A program made the position numbers and the translations under genes. This document shows positions 36,890-45,492 of a stretch of DNA of 64,000 bases, piece by piece. The stretch comes from Bryobacterales bacterium (GTDB lineage: Bacteria; Acidobacteriota; Terriglobia; Bryobacterales; Bryobacteraceae), in NCBI GenBank assembly GCA_963796485.1, contig CAWCLV010000009.1, positions 16,801-80,800 of the forward strand, in the 5' to 3' direction. Below the pieces are notes generated by a model. The model searched no databases. It saw nothing but the letters and a program-made list of their open reading frames with translations, and had not been told where the DNA came from. Every line of letters begins with the position of its first letter. Position 1 is the first letter of the stretch.

Positions 36890-36904
36890 AACCGGGGGAT
36901 CCAA

Positions 36905-38368
36905 ATGGCGCTGATTCCGGTGCTGCCTCCTGAAATCCGGCGGGATCCCAAATCCCGCCGGCTCGCCACCGATGCGGAGTTGGAACGGGCCCTTGCCGTC
37001 GCAAAGAAACCGGGCACGGTGGAACGGCAGCGGCTTCCGGTGCGCTATCACGTGGAGGATTGCGCTCCCGGAGATCGCCCGCGCCGTTTCCTGGAGGCCT
37101 TCGCCGCCATACTCAAGCACACCCATTACCGCCTGGCGTTGGAACACTATATCCGAGTGAGCGCCAAGTGCGCCCGCTGCGCTACGCACTGCCAGGTGTA
37201 CATGGCCACCGGCGCTCCGCGCGACATCCCGTGCCACCGCAGCGAGCTTCTGCTCTCGGTATACCGCAGGCATTTCACCGTGGCGGGCGTGCTGCGCGGC
37301 CGGGTTCTCGGTGACCCGGGCCTTACCGATGAGAAGATCCGGGAAATGGCGGACGCTTTCTACAACTGCACCGCGTGCCGCCGCTGCACCCTGGAGTGTC
37401 CGATGGGGATCGACCACGGGCTCGTCACGCACCTCGGCCGCTACATACTCTCGGAAATCGGGATCGTCCCTCGCGGGCTGGCGGTAAGTGTCAGGGAGCA
37501 ACTCGCGGGCAAGTCGGGTAACACGTCCGCGGTTCCCGTTCCCGCCCTGCTCGATAGCCTCGAATTCCTCAGCGACGACATGAAAGAGCAGACCGGCAGA
37601 GACATCCCCTTTCCGATCGACAGGCAGGGCGCCGAGTACCTGTTCCTCGCTCCCGTATCCGACTACCTCATGGAAGCCGACACGCTCATGGGCTGCGCCG
37701 CGGTCTTTCGGGCAACCGGCGACTCCTGGACCATCGGCACCGGCTATTTCGACGCGATCAACTACGGGTTGTTCTACAACGATCAGGTGATGGAGCACGT
37801 GGCATGTAAAATCCGGGCCGAGGCCGAGAGGCTCCAGGTCAGGAAGCTCCTGATCGGCGAATGCGGCCACGCCTCCCGAACCGCCAAAGCCTTTTATCCC
37901 ACTTACTGCGGCGGCGCCGGCGCGCTTCCGGTGACCAGCATTCTCGAATACACGCACGCCGCATGGAAACAGGGGCGGCTCAAACTGAACCCGGCGGCGA
38001 TCGCCGAAAAGGTGACCTATCACGACCCCTGTAACTTCGCCCGCTCCGGATGGATCATCGACCAGCCCCGCGAACTGCTGCGCGCCTTCTGCAGCGACTT
38101 TGTCGAAATGACTCCCCGCGCCCGCCAGAACATTTGCTGCGGAGGAGGAGGGGGCACGGTCTCGATCGATGAAATCAAGCCATATCGCACGCTGGTGGGC
38201 GGGCGCGCCAAGGCCGAACAGATTCGCGCTACCGGCGCCAGGTACTGCGTCGCGCCATGCGCTAACTGCAAGAAGCAACTTCGCGAACTGGTAGAGGAAC
38301 ACAAGATTGATTGCCAGATTGTGGGTCTTCACGACCTTCTGTTCAAGGCAATCCGGTTTGAAGATTAG
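36905..38368 (+). CDS. HdrD/DsrK/HmcF-like Fe-S oxidoreductase with CCG domains
   Basis: 487 aa with CARCATHC, CTACRRCTLECP, HDPCNFAR and NICCGGGGG motifs. It starts 15 nt after sat. Confidence 0.8.
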   Translation: MALIPVLPPEIRRDPKSRRLATDAELERALAVAKKPGTVERQRLPVRYHVEDCAPGDRPRRFLEAFAAILKHTHYRLALEHYIRVSAKCARCATHCQVYMATGAPRDIPCHRSELLLSVYRRHFTVAGVLRGRVLGDPGLTDEKIREMADAFYNCTACRRCTLECPMGIDHGLVTHLGRYILSEIGIVPRGLAVSVREQLAGKSGNTSAVPVPALLDSLEFLSDDMKEQTGRDIPFPIDRQGAEYLFLAPVSDYLMEADTLMGCAAVFRATGDSWTIGTGYFDAINYGLFYNDQVMEHVACKIRAEAERLQVRKLLIGECGHASRTAKAFYPTYCGGAGALPVTSILEYTHAAWKQGRLKLNPAAIAEKVTYHDPCNFARSGWIIDQPRELLRAFCSDFVEMTPRARQNICCGGGGGTVSIDEIKPYRTLVGGRAKAEQIRATGARYCVAPCANCKKQLRELVEEHKIDCQIVGLHDLLFKAIRFED

Positions 38369-38488
38369 GAACCCGTGGTAGAAGTGCACAACCACCGCTT
38401 ACTGGCGTGCGCGGCTCTGTAGGGTCAGTGACTTACTGAACCGCGACCGTGAGGGAGCGGCCTTTGCCACAGGCTGTTAGGAGGCGAC

Positions 38489-39238
38489 TTGGAGGGCTGG
38501 ATCGAATTCGGCCGGGGACCGCTGTTCCGGTTCGCGTTCGTGCTGATGCTGCTGGGGCTGGCACGCCTGTTGCTGCTTACGTTCATCGGGCTTTGGGAAG
38601 TCGCGCGAACCACTCCCAGCTCTTCCCTGCCGTGGCCGGACCTCGTCCGGAACACCTTCGGATGGCTGATCCCGGTGGGGCGGCTCTGGCGCCGGCGCCC
38701 GGTTTACAGCACGATCTCCTTCGCCTTCCACATCGGCCTTCTGCTCGTGCCGCTCACTCTCGCGGCACACGTACTGCTATGGAAGCGGGCCGTGGGTTTT
38801 GCGTGGCCCGCTATTCCCTATTCGCTGGCGAACTGGTTGACCGTGACCGTCATCTGCACGGGGCTGGTGCTGTTCCTGGCCAGGGCGCTGCACACGGGTA
38901 GCCGCAGCCTTAGCCGCGCGCAGGACTTCGCCTGGCCGCTCCTGCTGGTGACACCATTCCTGAGCGGCTACCTGTGCTCGAACGCGGCGTTGAGCCCACA
39001 GGCGTACCGCGGGTTCTTTCTGGTCCACATCTATTCGGCCGACGTGGTCCTGCTGCTGATTCCTTTCACCAAGATCGCCCACTGCGTCCTGGCGCCGCTC
39101 TCGCAGCTGGTGAGTGCGATGAGTTGGAAACTGACTCCGGGCGCAGGCGATCGAGTCGAAGAAACGCTGGGCTACGCGGACCGGCCTACCTGGATCGAGG
39201 GCTCTCGCCTCGCGGAGCCGGTGCGCAAGGAGGCATGA
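38489..39238 (+). CDS. NarI/DsrM/HmcE-like cytochrome b membrane subunit
   Basis: TTG start with AGGAGG 4 nt upstream. The product has 5-6 TM helices, and FLVHIYSADVVLLLIPFTKIAHCV parallels FFVHLMLVCTLAAYLPFSKLVHLG of the DsrM in this window. Confidence 0.7.
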   Translation: MEGWIEFGRGPLFRFAFVLMLLGLARLLLLTFIGLWEVARTTPSSSLPWPDLVRNTFGWLIPVGRLWRRRPVYSTISFAFHIGLLLVPLTLAAHVLLWKRAVGFAWPAIPYSLANWLTVTVICTGLVLFLARALHTGSRSLSRAQDFAWPLLLVTPFLSGYLCSNAALSPQAYRGFFLVHIYSADVVLLLIPFTKIAHCVLAPLSQLVSAMSWKLTPGAGDRVEETLGYADRPTWIEGSRLAEPVRKEA

Positions 39239-39999
39239 TGCAAACCGCAATCCTCAACGATACAACGAAGTGCATCGGCTGCAACGAATGCGCGCTGGCC
39301 TGCCACAAAGCGAATCACCTGGCGGCCGATGAGCCCCGAAGATGGGACTTGGACGACGGCCTGTCCGCCCGCAACTGGACATCGGTGATCGAGCCCGCGC
39401 CCGGGAAGTACGTCCGCAAACAATGCCGGCACTGCCTGGAACCGGCCTGCGCCTCCGCCTGCCCCGTCGGCGCGCTCACGCGGACCGCGATGGGTCCGGT
39501 GGTCTACGATTCTTCGAAATGCATGGGATGCCGCTACTGCATGATGGCCTGTCCCTTCGGCATCCCGCGCTACTCCTGGGCCGAGCCGGTGCCCTACGTG
39601 CGCAAGTGCATTCTCTGCTACGACCGCTTGCGCGAGGGAGAGAAGCCCGCCTGCACGGAGGCATGCCCGGCGAAAGCGACGATCTTCGGCGATCGCCGGG
39701 AGTTGCTCGCGGAAGCGCATCGGCGCCTTCGGGAGCAACCGGACCGGTATGTGCAGAAAGTCTGGGGCGAGCAGGAAATTGGCGGCACCTCCGTGCTCTA
39801 CCTCTCCGATCTCGATCTGTCGTTCCTCACCGGAAACCGTTCCCTCGGCATGGAGCCGCTTCCCGAACGCACCAGCCTGGCCATGGAGGCCGTACCGTTC
39901 ACATTTGCGGGCGTGCTGGCGGGTCTTGCCGGCCTGAGCTGGATCATCCGGCGGAGAATCAAGCTGGCCGAGATCCCGGAGGAGCCGCACCGTGACTAG
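39235..39999 (+). CDS. 4x[4Fe-4S] ferredoxin-like subunit (DsrO/HmcB/HybA type) with C-terminal TM helix and no obvious signal peptide
   Basis: Start MMQTAILNDTTKCIGCNECALAC overlaps the upstream stop (ATGA). Further motifs are CRHCLEPACASACP, CMGCRYCMMACP and CILCYDRL...CTEACP. The C-terminal helix is FTFAGVLAGLAGLSWII. Confidence 0.8.
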   Translation: MMQTAILNDTTKCIGCNECALACHKANHLAADEPRRWDLDDGLSARNWTSVIEPAPGKYVRKQCRHCLEPACASACPVGALTRTAMGPVVYDSSKCMGCRYCMMACPFGIPRYSWAEPVPYVRKCILCYDRLREGEKPACTEACPAKATIFGDRRELLAEAHRRLREQPDRYVQKVWGEQEIGGTSVLYLSDLDLSFLTGNRSLGMEPLPERTSLAMEAVPFTFAGVLAGLAGLSWIIRRRIKLAEIPEEPHRD

Positions 40000-41830
40000 A
40001 GTCAGGCGGTTCAAGCTCCTGTTATGGATCCTGGCGGGGCTGGCGACGGCGGTAGCCTGTTCGCGGTTCGTGTTCGGCCTCGGCGCCACCACCAATCTGA
40101 CCGACGCCACTCCCTGGGGCATCTGGATCGGCTTCGACGTGATGAGCGGCGTCGCTCTAGCCGCCGGCGGCTTCATCGTGACCGCGACGGTCTATGTCTT
40201 CCGGCTGGATCGATTCCACACCATCGTCCGGCCGGCCGTGCTGACCGCCTTCCTCGGATACGCGGCGGTTGCGGCAGGCCTGTTATTCGACCTCGGCCTG
40301 CCTTGGAACATCTGGCACATGATCGTGTTCTGGAACCCGCACTCCGCGCTCTTCGAAGTGGGCTGGTGCGTGATGCTGTACCTGACCGTGCTGGCGCTCG
40401 AATTCTTCCCCGTGCCGGCCGAGGAGTTTCGCGCCCTGGCGCGCGTGCGCACGTTCCTGCTGCGGTTTCGCTTTCCGCTGGTGCTCATCGGAATCGGCCT
40501 CTCCACGCTGCACCAGTCTTCACTCGGCTCGCTTTACCTGATCATGCCCTACCGGCTGCACCCTCTCTGGTACACGCCCCTGCTTCCCGTGTTATTCCTG
40601 ACGTCGGCGATCGGCCTGGGCCTGATGATGGTAATCGCCGAGAGTCACTTTACGGCGTACCTCTACCGGAGGCAGCCAGAGACGCCGCTCCTGGAGCGAC
40701 TGGGCGCGGCTGCACGGTGGGTGCTTCTGTTCTACGCCGTATTGCGCTTTGGCGATTTGGCCGGCCGCGGCCGCGTTGCCGAACTGGCGGGAGCCGGATG
40801 GCAGGTCAAGCTGTTCTGGGTGGAACTGGCCATGATGGCGCTCGGCCCGGCAATCCTGCTCTCCGTGCCGCGCGTGCGTGCTTCCCGTGCGGGGCAGTGG
40901 ACGGCGGCGATCATCGGCATCTGCGGCGTGATCCTGAACCGCATCGATGTGGGCGGACTGGCCCATCAGCGGCAGACGCCGCTATACCTCCCTTCCTGGA
41001 CCGAGATCGCGATCAGCGCCGGGGTGGTTGCCGGGGGCGTGCTTGCGTTCCTCTTCTTCATCGAGCATTTCCGGATCTGGGAGGAACGTCCCGTCGATCC
41101 TCAAGCCGACCCCTCGAACTTACCGGAGTTCGACCCCGTGGGAATGACGTGGCTGGGTATTCCGGGCGTCGCGGGACGAACCGTCTACTCCCTGGGATTC
41201 ATCGTGGCAGCCGCCGCGGGGTTCGCCCTCCTGGCCCCACAGCCCGCCGCCAGCCGCGGAATCGAGAAGACCGCGGCCCACCGCGCGCGCGGCGCGGAGA
41301 TCCTCTGGATCGATGGCAACCTGAACGGCCGCGGCGTGTCCTTTCCGCACCAGAAGCACATCGATTCGCAAGGCGGCAAGCTCTCCTGCCCGCGCTGTCA
41401 TCATATGAACCTCCCGCGCGATCAGGCCAGCGGCTGCTATCAATGCCATCGCGATATGTATACCGCCAGCGACGCGTTCGGGCACGACTGGCACGCCGCA
41501 CCCCACGGCGGCAAGCTGGCTTGCGGCCAGTGCCATCCGCCGGACCAGCCTCGTACCGCCTTGACCAGCAAGCCATGTACGGCCTGCCACAAGGACCTGA
41601 TCCCGCCCCAAGCCCCGTACCGAATTGCCGGTTACAACGCCCGAAGCTATGCGGATTCCATGCATGGGCTCTGCATCGGCTGTCACCGGCAGGAGGCCGT
41701 AAAGCGGAACAAGCCCGACATGCCGCGTTGCGCGTGGTGCCATAAAGAGTCGCGAACTTTCGTAGACGGCGCGGCACTGGCGCAGGCCGGCGAGCCCGCG
41801 CGCACGAACGTTGTTTTGCCGCCCTGGTAG
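39992..41830 (+). CDS. NrfD/DsrP/HmcC-like membrane subunit fused to a C-terminal six-heme class-III-like cytochrome c
   Basis: GTG start overlapping the upstream stop. About 430 aa are polytopic membrane domain. The tail has FPHQKH plus six CxxCH motifs (CPRCH, CYQCH, CGQCH, CTACH, CIGCH, CAWCH) between 41387 and 41742. Confidence 0.8.
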   Translation: MTRVRRFKLLLWILAGLATAVACSRFVFGLGATTNLTDATPWGIWIGFDVMSGVALAAGGFIVTATVYVFRLDRFHTIVRPAVLTAFLGYAAVAAGLLFDLGLPWNIWHMIVFWNPHSALFEVGWCVMLYLTVLALEFFPVPAEEFRALARVRTFLLRFRFPLVLIGIGLSTLHQSSLGSLYLIMPYRLHPLWYTPLLPVLFLTSAIGLGLMMVIAESHFTAYLYRRQPETPLLERLGAAARWVLLFYAVLRFGDLAGRGRVAELAGAGWQVKLFWVELAMMALGPAILLSVPRVRASRAGQWTAAIIGICGVILNRIDVGGLAHQRQTPLYLPSWTEIAISAGVVAGGVLAFLFFIEHFRIWEERPVDPQADPSNLPEFDPVGMTWLGIPGVAGRTVYSLGFIVAAAAGFALLAPQPAASRGIEKTAAHRARGAEILWIDGNLNGRGVSFPHQKHIDSQGGKLSCPRCHHMNLPRDQASGCYQCHRDMYTASDAFGHDWHAAPHGGKLACGQCHPPDQPRTALTSKPCTACHKDLIPPQAPYRIAGYNARSYADSMHGLCIGCHRQEAVKRNKPDMPRCAWCHKESRTFVDGAALAQAGEPARTNVVLPPW

Positions 41831-41844
41831 CGGGAGGGAGAACC

Positions 41845-42843
41845 ATGCCGAATTTGTTCAGCGCCCTCGCGGAGCAGGCCTGCGGCGCCAAACGTTGCGA
41901 GGACGCAATCCACGCGCTCGAAAGCGACTTGCAGCGTCAGCCCTCGGACGCGCTCGCCTGCTACGAACTCGGGCTATGCTATAGCGGCGGCTGCCATTCT
42001 CACTCGCTGGTCTCTCCGGAAATGGCGGTTGCGTACCTGCGCCGGGCGCTCTGCCTGACCAACGATACCGGACTCCTGCGCGCCTACATCCTGGAAGCCC
42101 TGGGCAACACGCTCGCTGGTGAAACAAACTCCCGAAATGCGGACGCGCTATGCGAAGCGATCGCCTGCCACTCTCAAGCCGCCGACCTATACCGCGCCGC
42201 CGGAAAGTCTGCCGATCGCGCCCGGGCGCAGTTCAACCTGGGCAACTCTTGTTGCGAACTGTCCGAGGCAACCGGGGAAAACCACTGGCGGGAAGCGATC
42301 GGCCATTATGAGGATGCCCTGGCGGTCCGCACTCCCGGGAAAGACCCGGCAGGACGCGCTGCCGTACTCGAGAACCTCGGGACGGCTTACCGCCAGCTTC
42401 GCGGCAGCTATGTGGAAAAGGCAGTCGGCTGTTATCGGCGGGCGCTCCGGTTGTGTTCTCCAACCGGGAGCCCTGCCCGTTATGCGGCTCTTCAAAACAA
42501 TCTCGGCAATGCCCTCCTTTCCCTCCCGGTCACCGATGAAACAACGGCCTGCAGGAATGCACGGCGGGCGCTCCGCCGCTTCAACTGCGCCCTGAATGTT
42601 CTCTCCCCCGATCCCCCCGGCTGCAGCTACGGCATTACTCAGTGCAACAGGGGGCAGGCCTATCGCCGGCTGTCCCGTGGACGGGACCGGCAAGCCGCCC
42701 TCGCCGCGAAATGCCTGAAGGACGCGTACGCCGTCTTTGTCTCATGCGGCGAACAGCAATACGCCGAAGTAGCGAAAGAACAGCTGAATCAACTTCGCGG
42801 CGGCGCGTGCGAACATGAAGATCGTCATGCAAATCGCTCCTGA
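41845..42843 (+). CDS. TPR-like repeat protein, Cys-rich
   Basis: 332 aa with recurring A-x-x-x-Y/L-x-x-A-L helical repeats (AVAYLRRAL, AIGHYEDAL, AVGCYRRAL). Confidence 0.6.
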   Translation: MPNLFSALAEQACGAKRCEDAIHALESDLQRQPSDALACYELGLCYSGGCHSHSLVSPEMAVAYLRRALCLTNDTGLLRAYILEALGNTLAGETNSRNADALCEAIACHSQAADLYRAAGKSADRARAQFNLGNSCCELSEATGENHWREAIGHYEDALAVRTPGKDPAGRAAVLENLGTAYRQLRGSYVEKAVGCYRRALRLCSPTGSPARYAALQNNLGNALLSLPVTDETTACRNARRALRRFNCALNVLSPDPPGCSYGITQCNRGQAYRRLSRGRDRQAALAAKCLKDAYAVFVSCGEQQYAEVAKEQLNQLRGGACEHEDRHANRS

Positions 42844-43795
42844 GTGGATTTGCGAAAGGGTCTGGAAACTGACGAACGAACGTCTCCCGGGATCGCCGGT
42901 CGTCTGGCAGGACACCACCAACTTCATGGCGATTGAAAGAGGCCACGTGGTGGACCTCCAGGGCGATCTGTTCCTGGTGCGCTCCAACGAACATGAGGGG
43001 AGATTCGGAATCGACGACCAGCCGAAGTTCTGGGTGAAGCACGCACTTCACCTGGAAACGGGCAGGATGCATATCCTCAAGCTCTTATGCCAGGAGGAGT
43101 TCGTTGCCCGCGTGGGGAGCCTGGAATTCCACTGCCGGCGCAGCGCGGAAAAAGAGGCCCGGGTTCTCGAGTTGGTCAAGGGCGATTCACGATTCATGCA
43201 AGGCCGGTCGGTACCCGATTCGCGCGGGAACCCGGTGCGAGTGATCGACTTCATCCAGGGGGTGGATTTTCTGAGCCACCTCCACTCACTGCGCGTCTCT
43301 CACGAGGAATACTGCCGGACCCTGCTGCCTGGAATTCTCTCGAAAGTGGCCGCAAGCCTGGCTGCAATTCAGCGGTTGCACGATGCGGCTATGTGCCACG
43401 GCGATATTCGAAACGACCACCTGCTGATCGAACGCACCACCGGCTGCTACAAATGGATCGATTTCGATCTGAATGAGAACTCGGCGGCCTTCGACATCTG
43501 GAGCGCCGGCAACATTCTGCACTGCGCGGCGGCTAAGGGCTTCGTGACCTTTCGTGAAGCAATCGAGGCGAATCCCGCTCTTGCGGGACGCCTCTCCGAT
43601 GAAGACGCCTGCGTGTTCTTCCCCCACCGCGTCATGAACCTGCGCAAGGTTTTTGCCTACCTGCCGGAGTCTCTGAACCAGGTCCTTCGGCGGTTTTCCC
43701 GTGGCGCCCCACGCCCCTATGACCGCATGTCGCAGATTGCCGGCGACGTCGCCGCCTGCGCGGCGTCTATGGGGTGCGGTGGAGTGCGATGCTGA
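42815..43795 (+). CDS. Atypical protein-kinase-like fold protein
   Basis: HGDIRNDHLLI (catalytic-loop-like) and WIDFDL (DFG-like) are present, but no glycine-rich loop is recognisable. The start overlaps the TPR gene by 29 nt, so the start is uncertain. Confidence 0.55.
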   Translation: MKIVMQIAPEWICERVWKLTNERLPGSPVVWQDTTNFMAIERGHVVDLQGDLFLVRSNEHEGRFGIDDQPKFWVKHALHLETGRMHILKLLCQEEFVARVGSLEFHCRRSAEKEARVLELVKGDSRFMQGRSVPDSRGNPVRVIDFIQGVDFLSHLHSLRVSHEEYCRTLLPGILSKVAASLAAIQRLHDAAMCHGDIRNDHLLIERTTGCYKWIDFDLNENSAAFDIWSAGNILHCAAAKGFVTFREAIEANPALAGRLSDEDACVFFPHRVMNLRKVFAYLPESLNQVLRRFSRGAPRPYDRMSQIAGDVAACAASMGCGGVRC

Positions 43796-44564
43796 TTCCC
43801 GATACACCCGGAACCGTAGCGGCAACCCGGCGGATCGCTTCGTCGTCGTCTTCGGCGAATTCTCCTCTGACCACGACACTTCCGCGGCGGGATTCCACTT
43901 CCACTTCGAGATGCAGCGTCGAAGGGCTCAGGGTGAGTGCTTTGCGAACGCTGCCGGCGACCGCCAGATCATGCAACGCTGCCTCATCCTCCGGTTTGAG
44001 TTCAAAGGCGCCCCCCTCAATGAGCGCTATCACCAGATCGCACGCCTGATCGAGAGTCAGGCGCTCCAGGTTGACGACCAGATCGTACTCCGAAGGATCG
44101 CTCCAGTCCACACCATAAAGAAATTGCGTCCACTGCCTCCGATCCCGATCTGTTTCGGCGATATGCGCGGCGGCATCCCTTCGACTGAGGTGCAGCCGGT
44201 CGGCGGCAAGCCGGACTCGGAACTCCAGCGGAGCGATCACCCGCAAACGGATTAAGCCCGGAACCCCCTTCAGCAACAAATGGCCGGCGAGCCCGTGGTA
44301 GACGGCGCAACCGCCGCGTACCTCCTGAAGCAGCGCGGCTTGGATCAGGACCTGATACGTATAGCGTCTGTGGTTCGATGTGCCGGGAAAAGCCGGGGGC
44401 TGCTCCAGGGCAGCCTGCAAATCATACTCGGAAACCCTGGAAGTAGCGGCTTTGCGCAACAGGTAATTGAGATCGATCGAGCGGTAGCTGAGCCTCCGGC
44501 TCAGGCACTCCGCAAGGACCGAACCTCCGCTGAGGGTACCACGCGAAATCGTGACGATCGCCAT
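43767..44564 (-). CDS. Cytidylate-kinase-like/BON protein (paralog 3)
   Basis: MAIVTISRGTLSGGSVLAECLSRRLSYRSID and IRLRVIAPLEFRVRLAADRL...VVNLERLTL are collinear with paralog 1. The 3' end overlaps the convergent kinase-like gene by 29 nt. Confidence 0.7.
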   Translation of the reverse strand: MAIVTISRGTLSGGSVLAECLSRRLSYRSIDLNYLLRKAATSRVSEYDLQAALEQPPAFPGTSNHRRYTYQVLIQAALLQEVRGGCAVYHGLAGHLLLKGVPGLIRLRVIAPLEFRVRLAADRLHLSRRDAAAHIAETDRDRRQWTQFLYGVDWSDPSEYDLVVNLERLTLDQACDLVIALIEGGAFELKPEDEAALHDLAVAGSVRKALTLSPSTLHLEVEVESRRGSVVVRGEFAEDDDEAIRRVAATVPGVSGISIALHRTP

Positions 44565-44654
44565 CGGGCTTAGGCCCCGGGGACGACTATAACATCACTA
44601 TAGCCAGGCGTGGTTCAAGCCGCCCCTCAGCCCCTTCCCTGCTTGACCTGTAGG

Positions 44655-45485
44655 TCAGCCCGGGGGGCGGCGGGCCGCGATCACACGGGGGATTCCCGCC
44701 AGGTCCGGCTCGATGTGGAGATCCTTCCACCCGGACAGCTTGCCGCTGACGTGACCGGCGCTGCCGAAACCCAGCTCCAGCATCAGCCAGCCGCCCTCGC
44801 GCAGCACCCGGGGGCAGTCGCCGATGATGCGGTCGTAAATCTCGAACCCGCTCTCCCCGGCGAACAAGGCCACGGGCGGCTCCCAGTCGCGCACTTCACG
44901 CTGCAGGCCCTGCTTTTCCCTGAGCGGAACGTACGGCGGATTCGAAACCACAAGGTCCATGCTGGCCGGCTCGATCGCCTCCATCAAATCGCAGACGACC
45001 AGCCCGACCTGCGAGCACAGGCGCCCGGCGTTGGCCTTTGCCACCGCGGCCGCGGCCGGCGAGATGTCGGTCGCGACGGCTGCGGCACCCGTTTCCAATT
45101 GCAGTGTCACCGCCAACGCACCCGACCCGGCGCCCACGTCGAGAATCCGCTGCGCTCCCGCCGCCAAGCGCAGCGCCACCTCCACAACGTGCTCCGTTTC
45201 GGGGCGCGGGATCAAGACGTCCGGCGTAACGCGAAATTCCCGGCCGTAGAATTCCTGCCGGTGAGTGATGTATTGCGTCGGCTTGCCCTGTATCCGCTCG
45301 TGCAGATACCGGCCGTAGTGGATCCACTCCACCTCCCGCAATTCCTGCTCGGGATGCGCAAACAGGTAGACGCGTTCGCGCCGCAGCGCGTGAGATAACA
45401 GAACCTCGGCAGTGAGCCGGGGAACCGCGACACCGGCGTTCTCCAGCAGGCGAGTGCCTTGCAGGAGCGCCGTCTGCAGCGTCAT
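44655..45485 (-). CDS. prmC: Release-factor glutamine N5-methyltransferase
   Basis: VVSNPPYVP motif, SAM motif ILDVGAGSGALAV, and position directly after prfA. Confidence 0.88.
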   Translation of the reverse strand: MTLQTALLQGTRLLENAGVAVPRLTAEVLLSHALRRERVYLFAHPEQELREVEWIHYGRYLHERIQGKPTQYITHRQEFYGREFRVTPDVLIPRPETEHVVEVALRLAAGAQRILDVGAGSGALAVTLQLETGAAAVATDISPAAAAVAKANAGRLCSQVGLVVCDLMEAIEPASMDLVVSNPPYVPLREKQGLQREVRDWEPPVALFAGESGFEIYDRIIGDCPRVLREGGWLMLELGFGSAGHVSGKLSGWKDLHIEPDLAGIPRVIAARRPPG

Positions 45486-45492
45486 TGCCGGA

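Noticed and set aside
1-44600. The sulfur-metabolism region as a horizontally acquired mobile island.
   Set aside because: I found no integrase, transposase, tRNA gene, flanking direct repeats or obvious compositional break by eye. Citrate synthase is embedded in the region. Horizontal transfer cannot be judged from this window alone.
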